From assembly GCA_012295275.1 (NCBI GenBank), contig CM022670.1:33852001-33916000 (forward strand): DNA of 64,000 bases, in the 5' to 3' direction. Position numbers and translations under genes: made by a program. Shown here piece by piece: positions 26,048 through 38,728 of this stretch (its first letter is position 1; the number at the start of each line of letters is the position of its first letter). The DNA comes from Chrysomallon squamiferum. Its lineage: Eukaryota; Animalia; Mollusca. Under the pieces are notes generated by a model. The model worked only from the letters and a program-made list of their open reading frames with translations, did not search any database and was not told the DNA's origin.

Positions 26048-28477
26048 TTGGGTTGGAACTAAACATTTTAAAATTGTTTTTAACTGAAGAACAATATATA
26101 GTTTTGCACACAGATTTATTCAACCACATATGTGTTCATTTTTCAGAATATATTCCAGTCATGTCTGAAATGTAATCACATACTCCAAAGCCACCTATTG
26201 TAAAATAACATTACAGTCTTTTTGTTCCAATCTGATAAATTAAAAAAACATTTAAAATTTAGTCTGATCATTATTTGTTTTTAATTTACGCTGCAAAAAT
26301 ATAATTAGTCTGAATATTATTTATTGTTATATCCTGGGAAAAAATAATAGACAAAACACTATTTCAAAAGAAAAGCAAATGAAAAATACAATTATATATT
26401 TTAAAAGTACGGGTATTTTCTTTCTTTTTTAAACTTAATTTATTATTATGAAATTAAAGGCACTATCCAGCATTTACTTGGTAGACAAAATACAGATATT
26501 TACACGTCCTTAAATATTGAAAAACATAATTCTTTTCAAGATTATCACATATTTAAAAAAATCTGTTGCTAGGACTCTAAAGCCATGGCTTGAAGTCTGG
26601 CAGTCAGCTCTTCCAGCTTGGTTTGCTTCTTCTTCTTTTTTGGCTAGCTTCTTCTCCTTGAGTTCTTCCTTTTTCTAACATCTACTTGAACACTTTGACA
26701 TAAAACATTATCTGAAATTACTGAGTTTAGTTTGAGGGTCAGTGAACTGAAGGTCAACATTAAGTTTATTGAATTACAAAATCATTTATTCCACTGGGAT
26801 TATTTCAGTGTCTTACTACTATTATTTAAAAAAGAAAGAAAGAAAGAAAAACTTTTGTTAACTGCTTTCGAGATATAATACAAAAATAGATAACTTCTTT
26901 GATGAACCGAAATATACTTTCATTTATATCCTTTCATTAACAAATTATTTAATAATACTATAGAAGAAGGACAGGTATGTGATGCTGGAGAGGACACTGG
27001 TGAAAGAGTAATGACATTCGAGAATTGTACGGGAACGATTGCTTCAGGTGGTGCCAGTTTCAACAATACAATTAATATAGGTTTGAACATTATTTCTATT
27101 GAATGAATGGTTGCATCTTTAATCAATAACATGCTTTTATTGAATATCAGCAAGGGATATTTTACGCGTGTCTTCCCACTTTATAGGAACGTACATACCA
27201 GAGATTTTTAAAGACAAGCCAGTGCTGTTTTTTAATCTGTGTGTTTAACGGTAAAATTAATTACAAATTTATTGAATGTTTTGGGGTTATTTTGAAGTAA
27301 ATTTATTGATTAATTATTAAATTAAATGATTTTATTCTTCTCCTGCCTGTGACAGCCATATTGTATTTTATTATGGGGATTAACTCTATGCTTTCCAGTT
27401 CTGAATTGTTCCTTGAGTGGCCATTACTGACAGGCTTTATCTGTGTATGAAAAATAAGTTTTATAATGGAAGTTAGTTTTAGGTATAAACCACCTATCAC
27501 AGATTCTGTCAGCGTCTGGAACAGGAAATTAGTTCAGTGGGAACACCAGGGAGTATTTGTAATATTAAAATATGCCACACAAGTTCAGTTGATTCATTCC
27601 AAATTCCAGCTTTATCACTCTTTATTTGTTGGCATTTAGTAGATGTTTCATCTGTTCCTTTTAAACAAGATTTTGTGGATTTTCAGGACATGGTGGTGTC
27701 AGAGGAGAAGTAAAGCAACAGAAAGCTCACGAATCGCAATCGGGTGTGTTTTTTTAATTTTATTTTATTTCAATAAATATATGCATACATAAATTCATTT
27801 TAATAATATTTTACTGGATAATCAACATATGTGCATGTTTACATTTTTCGAAGTTTGTCATAACTGAATGACAGGTTGTTTCTTAATCTGAAGACATGTT
27901 GTAATAATAATAATAATTGGGTTGGCACAAAAGTTCATAGCATTTTTAAACTAAAATTCAAAGACAATATATAGTTTTCCACATAGATTTATTCAGTCAC
28001 ATATATGCTGATTTGTTCATACTTCAGAATATATTCCAGTCAAGTCAGAAATGTGATCACATGGTCTAAAGTGGCCTATTGAAAAAACACTGCAGACCTT
28101 TTTGTTCCAACCCAATGAATTAAAAAAACATTTAAAAATTAGTCTGAACATTACTTCTTTTTACTTTGGACAGCAAAAATATAATTAGTGTGAATATTAT
28201 TTATTGTTTTATAGTGGAAAAAAATAACAGACTAAACAGTATTTTTTCTTCAAATGTTCTTTCAGTTGTGACTGACTTAACAGTAAGCCAGCTAATTGAT
28301 CTACTGAAAGAACATATGTTTATAGATACAACCATAACGAAAATTGAAGAGAGAGGTATTGATGGAAATACTCTGAAACTCATAGTGCAGGATGAAAAAG
28401 CACTGAGTGAAATAACTTGTGATGCCATTGAAAAAAGCAAACTGAAAGCATTAGTTGATAAAATAAAAATAAATTAA
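21959..28477 (+). CDS. Copy C: 8-exon paralog with two RHIM-like exons, 303 aa, C-terminal SAM-like domain
   Basis: Exons are 21959-22007, 22595-22738, 23567-23674, 24908-25024, 25631-25738, 26964-27080, 27687-27743 and 28266-28477. All GT-AG and phase 1, 912 nt, all junction codons sense. The exon 2 donor (ACAA|gtaaaa) is weak, and actual exon usage is unverified. Confidence 0.68.
23176..23326. mobile_element. Decayed ~150-bp MITE-like element in intron 4 (shared by all intron-4 copies)
   Basis: Imperfect terminal inverted repeats: left ACACAG-N16-ATGGCCACTC; right (reverse complement) ACACAG-N16-ATGGCCACTC. The copy at ~60193-60327 begins ACAGTCAGACTTGTC, resembling pogo/Tigger-type CAGTCAAACCTGTC ends. 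Confidence 0.45.
23535..27670 (+). repeat. Two tandem units of ~2.06 kb inside copy C (exon 5 + motif exon cassette)
   Basis: Identical ORFs at 24864/26920 and 25247/27303 (offset 2056); identical exon 5 at 23567/25631. Confidence 0.95.
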
Positions 28478-29556
28478 CAGAAGGTAATATGTAATCAGAA
28501 AATTCCTGGCTGGAACTCTGAAATAACTCAAAAGACTTTATCTCTTTTTTTTTTTTTTTTTATATTAATATGCAACGATAATGTGTTTAACATTTTTACT
28601 TGATAAATAAATAAATTATAATGTTTATAATTTTTGTTCATCAATGTATATGAATTTTAACTGAGTTCATAATATTAATAATTAAAACTGATATTTTTTA
28701 AACTGTATATTATATAATGTTACTAAAGGCAAGTATTTAAATAAAGTGTATTGTATTTTATAGCTTAGACTAAAACAAAGATTGAACCTAAATACATATA
28801 ATATATACAGTATCACTTTCTGTGCAGGACATATAATACATGACTGTGTTATTTTGTTTAATAGTATATTTAATGGAAAAATGTTATTTTTTCATACTTT
28901 TATTGATGTTTAACAGTAAAGACATATTAATGGAAACTTTCTTAAAGAGATAAAGCAAAATGAAAGCAGTTCTTTTACCTGGCTGGAACCTTGAATTAAC
29001 CCAAAAAACTTTTTGTTTGTTTGTTTTATTTTGTACTTTCGTTAGTATGCAACACTAATGTATTTAGCTTTTTTATTTTATAAATTAATACATTATAATG
29101 TTTATCTGTATTTATTTATATATTTTATTCACTACTTTATATGAATTTTAAGTGTGTGCATAATATTAAAAATTAAAACTGTGATTTAAAAAATATATAT
29201 TTATAATGTTACTAAAAGGAAATATTTAAATAAAATTTGTTATATTTTGTAGATTAGACTAAAACAAAGATTGAAATATAATACATCATTGTGCTATTTT
29301 GTTTTATAGTATATTTAATGGGAAAATGTTATTTTTTATATAATTTTATTCATATTTAAACTAAATCTTTTATTTGAATAAAGAGTGATATATATATATA
29401 AAATGTTTGTTTTGATTGCTTTTTTCGTTTAATAATAATGATGATGATGCCTTGACAAATAATTCAAGGAAATGAAACTAAAACAAAAATTCATTTGAGA
29501 GTAGTATTATATAAATGAAATTATTAATGAATTTCATTTTGTAATATTTCTTGATG

Positions 29557-29574
29557 CATACATACATACATACA

Positions 29575-29603
<29 letters not shown>
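29557..29603. repeat. (CATA)n microsatellite
   Basis: Direct reading; copy number differs among homologs at ~15711, 34123 and 38689. Confidence 0.95.
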
Positions 29604-29608
<5 letters not shown>

Positions 29609-30794
29609 AAGGTGTAATTATTTTTAATTTTAGACAATGATTGAGAAACAGATGCTATCCCAGAAACTACAGATGCTGAAAATAAAATTACAACCCCCCC
29701 CCTCCAAAAAAAAAAACGCCTTTGCACCTTACATATCTAAGTTCAGAATGTTTATTTATTTAAAGTCTTTGATGCTTGGTTTTATAAAATAGCTCAGTAA
29801 AGAAGCAGGTAATTTTTTAGTTCTTTTCCCTAAGAATATTTGTGCTGTAATTATGTAGCACCATTTAAGGACCATATAGCTTATTTTTATTTTTTATTTC
29901 TATTTTTATTTTTTATTTTTCTCTTTTATTATTTTTTATTAGTATTTATTAGCTGTTTTTGTTGGGGGTTCTTTCTGTATTTTTCTACCATTTAACAAAA
30001 ATTCTCTCTTTTTTTGTTTTTGTACTTGACTATAAAGTATCATTTGATTAATAAACATGTTTTACTTATTCGTAGTTGTTTTGAACTTTGTTGGAAAAGA
30101 AAAGTAGAAAAGAAAAAAAAAGAAAAAATTTAATTCTTTGCTGAGTGTTTCACATGATGTCTCTGTATTGTTCCAGATCTTGTTTATCTAAGGATGTAAT
30201 CTATTTCAATTCTACAAACTGACAAGTTTCATCTGACATCTTGATGGTCTCAAATGAATTAATAATTCCTTAATTTTAAGTAAGGTGTGTTTGGAAATGT
30301 TAATTTTCATGTTAATTTATTCATTAAGCCCATCAATAAGAACTGATAATATATTTTTTAGCTCTTATCCTAAAGCTGTTAGCTTATTGGTCACTTCTGT
30401 TTATAATCGCTGCCGCAATGTATAAATATTATGACACCTTTTATGTTTATGAGATTGTGCACACAAAATATTTCATGCTGCTAAATATCCTACATTTGTC
30501 AAGAATTTAATCATGTTCAGTTTTATTAACATTTTGTTTTAATAAACATTAAAAATAAAATAAGTGAAAACAAAATAATTAATTTATATGGAAACACTAA
30601 CTTATAATTAACAATTTATTAATTATTTAATTGTTAATCAGAAAAACTGTCTAAAAATATGAAATTAATCAAAATAAAGTGCCTTGTTATACAAGATGTA
30701 TTATCTCTCTTTCTTTGTTCTTCCAACTGTTTACATTATTTGTAAACACAAAAGCTAAATAATATTATGAAAGAAAATTTAAAAACTATTAATA

Positions 30795-31012
30795 GTTTCT
30801 GCGAAAAGCTCTCAGTATGAGAATCATGTTCTCAGGAATTATTTATTTGACTGGTTTCCCCAGAAAAATGTTAAATATCAATAACGATCTCCGAAAACCA
30901 GTCCAACTACTTTTATGATGTGGGTTTCCAAAAATAGAATCGAAATCGAAACTAGAAAACCATTAAAAATATTTAAGTTTTACATTCTTTCCGCTGACAA
31001 GCCCAAGTAAGC
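30795..31012 (+). promoter_or_regulatory. Candidate promoter/first-exon block with GAS-, ISRE- and kappaB-like motifs (copy D)
   Basis: TTCTGCGAA (TTCN3GAA) at 30797-30805; TTCTCAGGAA and TTCCCCAGAA (TTCN4GAA); GGGTTTCC; GAAATCGAAACT (GAAANNGAAACT) at 30942-30953; donor-like gtaagc at 31007. Locally CpG-rich. Homologs at ~7270-7435(-), 14300-14520(-), 20510-20670, 35357-35574, 39915-40132, 46935-47200 and 55307-55467. Confidence 0.45.
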
Positions 31013-31970
31013 TAAGTCTGTTTTACATAAGCTTTTCTGTTAAAAGATACACAATTATAAGTCGTTAGTCATTATTAAATGCTTCCATGTTTGCGATCAT
31101 TTGAATAATTTCGAGTGTACTCGATTTATTTATCTAATTTCCGTATTCATTTTTGTACGCATTATTTATACACATAAAGGAGATATTTAGTCTTAATGTG
31201 AAAATATCACCCAGCCTTCATAAATATTTGTCATACATATTAAATTTATTCATGCAGCTACTTTATTGCCATTAAATGCTGTAATACAGCAGAAATAATT
31301 AAATATAAAATATTTTAAAAAATAACAAATGTTTAAAAACAAAATAAATAAAGACAAATAAACTAGAGGACATTCATTGATATTCAAAGCAATTTTTATA
31401 ACTTTAAATATTGTTGCAAAATATTTGGAGCAATGCTTATCTCATTCTTATTTATTTTATTTAGCGGTGCAAAGATAAAATCAAAGTTTTCTGTAAAACA
31501 TAAATAATTATGTATAACTTATCGAATTATTTCAGATATTAATAAATAAATGTTAATGGTGTGAATAAATCAATGATTTGAGATAATATTTTGTATAAAA
31601 TACGAAAGTTTGAAGGAAAGAAATTTAATCTGAAGAATATTTGTGAAGGTGGATAATCTAAATTTCATAAATGGAAGGGGATTATATACCATGTCCAAAT
31701 TACATTCCACTTGGTGCTCATCCTGTTCAATTGGTAATGTCAACAAGATATTTTTGTCTTTAATCAGTTTTTATTAAGTGAAGCCAAGGCTGATACCATA
31801 ATGGGAACATGTGAACCAGTTAGATTCAAATATTAAACATTTCACCAGAATACATCTAAATTAATTTTAAAAGTCACTGAAATAAACACATATTGAACAT
31901 TACTATCTACAAATATGATATATAATTCTCATCATACAAATAAACATTTTCTTCATGATTTTTATTGTTA

Positions 31971-32014
<44 letters not shown>

Positions 32015-32507
32015 TAATTAATTAATTAATATTATGTACATTATTACATTAACATTTAGTCTGAATATTTTTAAAATATTCATATATTTTTGTTGTTGTT
32101 TTTTTGACTGGATGTTTTAGCCATAATTTCATAATGTATAGTTCTCCAAAGATGTCATACTGTATTTTGTTAAATTAAAACTTTGACTGTTAACAAATTT
32201 ACTGACTTTAGAAAAAAGCAGCAACAGAAACAAAAATGTATAAAATATAACGAAAACGAAAATATATAACTTTTAATAAAGATAGAGATTAAGAATTATC
32301 CGAACCTAAATGGCTGTAAATGGAGAATTTAAGGTAAAAGTATAAATAGTATTTTTAAACGAAATGGAAGGCATTTGGTGGAATGTGTTATTTCTTTATT
32401 CCTACATTGCAGAAAACATATAATTGGCAAAACTGGCAAGTCAGAAAATTGTCTTTAACACATTTAAATGAACTGTTTATTTTGAAAAGGAAAAATTATA
32501 AACCTAC

Positions 32508-33041
32508 ATGGAGCCAGAACACAAAGAAGAGAGTAAAATGTCCGGGGTTCAAGAAAGTAAGCAAAATAAATTAATATTATAATAATAATAATTATTATTT
32601 TATTATTTTTTATTTTTGTTATGTTTTCACATAATATTTATGCAGAATTAATAATGATAGATTTTAAACATATTTCTTGAGTTTTTATGAAGCATCTTTA
32701 AATAATAAATTAAATTACTTCTTTTTACTTTGCACAGCAAAAATATAATTAGTGTGAATATTATTTATTGTTTTATAGTGGAAAAAAATAACAGACTAAA
32801 CAGTATTTTTTCTTCAAATGTTCTTTCAGTTGTGACTGACTTAACAGTAAGCCAGCTAATTGATCTACTGAAAAACGAGAAATTTATGGATACAACCATA
32901 ACGAAAATTGAAGAGAGAGGTATTGATGGAAATACTCTGAAACTCATAGTGCAGGATGAAAATGCACTGAGTGAAATAACTTGTGATGCCATTGAAAAAA
33001 GCAAACTGAAAGCATTAGTTGATAAGATAAAAATAAATTAA
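32508..33041 (+). CDS. Copy D: two-exon SAM-only minigene, 86 aa
   Basis: Exon 32508-32556 (MEPEHKEESKMSGVQE, donor A|gtaagc) joins in frame to SAM exon 32830-33041 (acceptor tctttcag). The 273-nt intron is a fusion of the start of intron 1 and the end of intron 5. Confidence 0.7.
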
Positions 33042-34136
33042 CAGAAGGTAATATGTAATCAGGAAATTCCTGGCTGGAACTCTGAAATAACTCAAAAGAC
33101 TTTATCTCTTTTTTTTTGTTTTTCTTATATTAATATGCAACGATAATGTGTTTAACATTTTTACTTGATAAATAAATAAATTATAATGTTTATAATTTTT
33201 GTTCAGCAATGTATATGAATTTTAACTGAGTGCATAATATTAATAATTAAAACTGATATTTTTTTAAACTGTATATTATATAATGTTACTAAAGGCAAGT
33301 ATTTAAATAAAGTGTATTGTATTTTATAGCTTACTCTAAAACAAAGATTGAACCTAAATACATATAATACATACAGTATCACTTTCTGTGCAGGACATAT
33401 AATACATGACTGTGTTATTTTGTTTAATAGTATATTTAATGGGAAAATGTTATTTTTTCATACTTTTATTGATGTTTAACAGTAAAGACATATTAATGGA
33501 AACTTTCTTAAAGAGATAAAGCAAAATGAAAGCAGTTCTTTTACCTGGCTGGAACCTTGAATTAACCCAAAAAACTTTTTGTTTGTTTGTTTTATTTTGT
33601 ACTTTCGTTAGCATGCAACACTAATGTATTTAGCTTTTTTATTTTATAAATTAATACATTATAATGTTTATCTGTATTTATTTATATATTTTATTCACTA
33701 CTTTATATGAATTTTAAGTGTGTGCATAATATTAAAAATTAAAACTGTGATTTAAAAAATATATATTTATAATGTTACTAAAAGGAAATATTTAAATAAA
33801 ATTTGTTATATTTTGTAGATTAGACTAAAACAAAGATTGAAATATATACATCATTGTGCTATTTTGTTTTATAGTATATTTAATGGGAAAATGTTATTCT
33901 TTTATATAATTTTATTCATATTTAAACTAAATCTTTTATTTGAATAAAGAGTGATATATATATATAAAATGTTTGTTTTGATTGCTTTTTTCGTTTAATA
34001 ATAATGATGATGATGCCTTGACAAATAATTCAAGGAAATGAAACTAAAACAAAAATTCATTTGAGAGTAATATTATATAAATGAAATTATTAATGAATTT
34101 CATTTTGTAATATTTCTTGATGCATACATACATACA

Positions 34137-34170
<34 letters not shown>

Positions 34171-36531
34171 AAGGTGTAATTATTTTTAATTTTAGACAAT
34201 GATTGAGAAACAGATGCTATCCCAGAAACTCCAGATGCTGAAAATAAAATTACAACCCCCTCCTCCAAACAAAAAACGCCTTTGCATCTTACATATCTAA
34301 GTTCAGAATGTTTATTTATTTAAAGTCTTTGATGCTTGGTTTTATAAAATAGCTCAGTAAAGAAGCAGGTAATTTTTTAGTTCTTTTCCCTAAGAATATT
34401 TGTGCTGTAATTATGTAGCACCATTTAAGGACCATATAGCTTATTTTTATTTTTTATTTCTATTTTTATTTTTTATTTTTCTCTTTTATTATTTTTTATT
34501 AGTATTTATTAGCTGTTTTTGTTGGGGGTTCTTTCTGTATTTTTCTACCATTTAACAAAAATTCTCTCTTTTTTTGTTTTTGTACTTAACTATAAAGTAT
34601 CATTTGATTAATAAACATGTTTTACTTATTCGTAGTTGTTTTGAACTTTGTTGGAAAAGAAAAGTAGAAAAGAAAAAAAAAGAAAAAATTTAATTCTTTG
34701 CTGAGTGTTTCACATGATGTCTCTGTATTGTTCCAGATCTTGTTTATCTAAGGATGTAATCTGTTTCAATTCTACAAACTGACAAGTTTCATCTGACATC
34801 TTGATGGTCTCAAATGAATTAATAATTCCTTAATTTTAAGTAAGGTGTGTTTGGAAATGTTCATTTTCATGTTAATTTATTCATTAAGCCCATCAATAAG
34901 AACTGATAATATATTTTTTAGCTCTTATCCTAAAGCTGTTAGCTTATTGGTCACTTCTGTTTATAATCGCTGCCGCAATGTATAAACATTATGACACCTT
35001 TATGTTTTATGAGATTGTGCACACAAAATATTTCATGCTGCTAAATATCCTACATTTGTCAAGAATTTAATCATGTTCAGTTTTATTAACATTTTGTTTT
35101 AATAAACATTAAAAATAAAATAAGTGAAAACAAAATAATTAATTTATATAGGAAACACTAACTTATAATTAACAATTTATTAATTATTTAATTGTTAATC
35201 AGAAAAAACTGTCTAAAAATATGAAATTAATCAAAATAAAGTGCCTTGTTATACAAGATGTATTATCTCTCTTTCTTTGTTCTTCCAACTGTTTACATTA
35301 TTTGTAAACACAAAAGCTAAATAATATTATGAAAGAAAATTTAAAAACTATTAATAGTTTCTGCGAAAAGCTCTCAGTATGAGAATCATGTTCTCAGGAA
35401 TTATTTATTTGACTGGTTTCCCCAGAAAAATGTTAAATATCAATAACGATCTCCGAAAACCAGTCCAACTACTTTTATGATGTGGGTTTCCAAAAATAGA
35501 ATCGAAATCGAAACTAGAAAACCATTAAAAATATTTAAGTTTTACATTCTTTCCGCTGACAAGCCCAAGTAAGCTAAGTCTGTTTTACATAAGCTTTTCT
35601 GTTAAAAGATACACAATTATAAGTCGTTAGTCATTATTAAATGCTTCCATGTTTGCGATCATTTGAATAATTTCGATGTACTCGATTTATTTATCTAATT
35701 TCCGTATTCATTTTTGTACGCATTATTTATACACATAAAGGAGATATTTAGTCTTAATGTGAAAATATCACCCAGCCTTCATAAATATTTGTCATACATA
35801 TTAAATTTATTCATGCAGCTACTTTATTGCCATTAAATGCTGTAATACAGCAGAAATAATTAAATATAAAATATTTTAAAAAATAACAAATGTTTAAAAA
35901 CAAAATAAATAAAGACAAATAAACTAGAGGACATTCATTGATATTCAAAGCAATTTTTATAACTTTAAATATTGTTGCAAAATATTTGGAGCAATGCTTA
36001 TCTCATTCTTATTTATTTTATTTAGCGGTGCAAAGATAAAATCAAAGTTTTCTGTAAAACATAAATAATTATGTATAACTTATCGAATTATTTCAGATAT
36101 TAATAAATAAATGTTAATGGTGTGAATAAATCAATGATTTGAGATAATATTTTGTATAAAATACGAAAGTTTGAAGGAAAGAAATTTAATCTGAAGAATA
36201 TTTGTGAAGGTGGATAATCTAAATTTCATAAATGGAAGGGGATTATATACCATGTCCAAATTACATTCCACTTGGTGCTCATCCTGTTCAATTGGTAATG
36301 TCAACAAGATATTTTTGTCTTTAATCAGTTTTTATTAAGTGAAGCCAAGGCTGATACCATAATGGGAACATGTGAACCAGTTAGATTCAAATATTAAACA
36401 TTTCACCAGAATACATCTAAATTAATTTTAAAAGTCACTGAAATAAACACATATTGAACATTACTATCTACAAATATGATATATAATTCTCATCATACAA
36501 ATAAACATTTTCTTCATGATTTTTATTGTTA

Positions 36532-36578
<47 letters not shown>

Positions 36579-37071
36579 TAATTAATTAATTAATATTATG
36601 TACATTATTACATTAACATTTAGTCTGAATATTTTTAAAATATTCATATATTTTTGTTGTTGTTTTTTTGACTGGATGTTTTAGCCATAATTTCATAATG
36701 TATAGTTCTCCAAAGATGTCATACTGTATTTTGTTAAATTAAAACTTTGACTGTTAACAAATTTACTGACTTTAGAAAAAAGCAGCAACAGAAACAAAAA
36801 TGTATAAAATATAACGAAAACGAAAATATATAACTTTTAATAAAGATAGAGATTAAGAATTATCCGAACCTAAATGGCTGTAAATGGAGAATTTAAGGTA
36901 AAAGTATAAATAGTATTTTTAAACGAAATGGAAGGCATTTGGTGGAATGTGTTATTTCTTTATTCCTACATTGCAGAAAACATATAATTGGCAAAACTGG
37001 CAAGTCAGAAAATTGTCTTTAACACATTTAAATGAACTGTTTATTTTGAAAAGGAAAAATTATAAACCTAC

Positions 37072-37605
37072 ATGGAGCCAGAACACAAAGAAGAGAGTAA
37101 AATGTCCGGGGTTCAAGAAAGTAAGCAAAATAAATTAATATTATAATAATAATAATTATTATTTTATTATTTTTTATTTTTGTTATGTTTTCACATAATA
37201 TTTATGCAGAATTAATAATGATAGATTTTAAACATATTTCTTGAGTTTTTATGAAGCATCTTTAAATAATAAATTAAATTACTTCTTTTTACTTTGCACA
37301 GCAAAAATATAATTAGTGTGAATATTATTTATTGTTTTATAGTGGAAAAAAATAACAGACTAAACAGTATTTTTTCTTCAAATGTTCTTTCAGTTGTGAC
37401 TGACTTAACAGTAAGCCAGCTAATTGATCTACTGAAAAACGAGAAATTTATGGATACAACCATAACGAAAATTGAAGAGAGAGGTATTGATGGAAATACT
37501 CTGAAACTCATAGTGCAGGATGAAAATGCACTGAGTGAAATAACTTGTGATGCCATTGAAAAAAGCAAACTGAAAGCATTAGTTGATAAAATAAAAATAA
37601 ATTAA
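37072..37605 (+). CDS. Copy E: two-exon SAM-only minigene, 86 aa (same protein as D)
   Basis: Exons are 37072-37120 and 37394-37605, 4564 bp downstream of D. Could be a true tandem copy or an over-expanded repeat in the assembly. Confidence 0.62.
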
Positions 37606-38694
37606 CAGAAGGTAATATGTAATCAGGAAATTCCTGGCTGGAACTCTGAAATAACTCAAAAGACTTTATCTCTTTTTTTTTGTTTTTCTTATATTAATAT
37701 GCAACGATAATGTGTTTAACATTTTTACTTGATAAATAAATAAATTATAATGTTTATAATTTTTGTTCAGCAATGTATATGAATTTTAACTGAGTGCATA
37801 ATATTAATAATTAAAACTGATATTTTTTAAACTGTATATTATATAATGTTACTAAAGGCAAGTATTTAAATAAAGTGTATTGTATTTTATAGCTTACTCT
37901 AAAACAAAGATTGAACCTAAATACATATAATACATACAGTATCACTTTCTGTGCAGGACATATAATACATGACTGTGTTATTTTGTTTAATAGTATATTT
38001 AATGGGAAAATGTTATTTTTTCATACTTTTATTGATGTTTAACAGTAAAGACATATTAATGGAAACTTTCTTAAAGAGATAAAAGCAAAATGAAAGCAGT
38101 TCTTTTACCTGGCTGGAACCTTGAATTAACCCAAAAACTTTTTGTTTGTTTGTTTTATTTTGTACTTTCGTTAGCATGCAACACTAATGTATTTAGCTTT
38201 TTTTTATTTTATAAATTAATACATTATAATGTTTATCTGTATTTATTTATATATTTTATTCACTACTTTATATGAATTTTAAGTGTGTGCATAATATTAA
38301 AAATTAAAACTGTGATTTAAAAAATATATATTTATAATGTTACTAAAAGGAAATATTTAAATAAAATTTGTTATATTTTGTAGATTAGACTAAAACAAAG
38401 ATTGAAATATAATACATCATTGTGCTATTTTGTTTTATAGTATATTTAATGGGAAAATGTTATTCTTTTATATAATTTTATTCATATTTAAACTAAATCT
38501 TTTATTTGAATAAAGAGTGATATATATATATAAAATGTTTGTTTTGATTGCTTTTTTCGTTTAATAATAATGATGATGATGCCTTGACAAATAATTCAAG
38601 GAAATGAAACTAAAACAAAAATTCATTTGAGAGTAATATTATATAAATGAAATTATTAATGAATTTCATTTTGTAATATTTCTTGATGCATACA

Positions 38695-38728
<34 letters not shown>

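Noticed and set aside
28166-28265. N-terminal extensions of the SAM ORFs in the track (MDSKNIISVNIIY…, MFNLHCKNV…)
   Set aside because: They start at TTG or GTG in AT-rich intron 5 sequence upstream of a conserved tctttcag acceptor, and they are absent or broken in G.
32383-32574. ORF MCYFFIPTLQKTYNWQNWQVRKL… (also 12708-, 36947+, 41503+)
   Set aside because: It crosses the 5'-UTR intron acceptor and exon 1 in another frame, and it is interrupted by stops in A, C, G and H.
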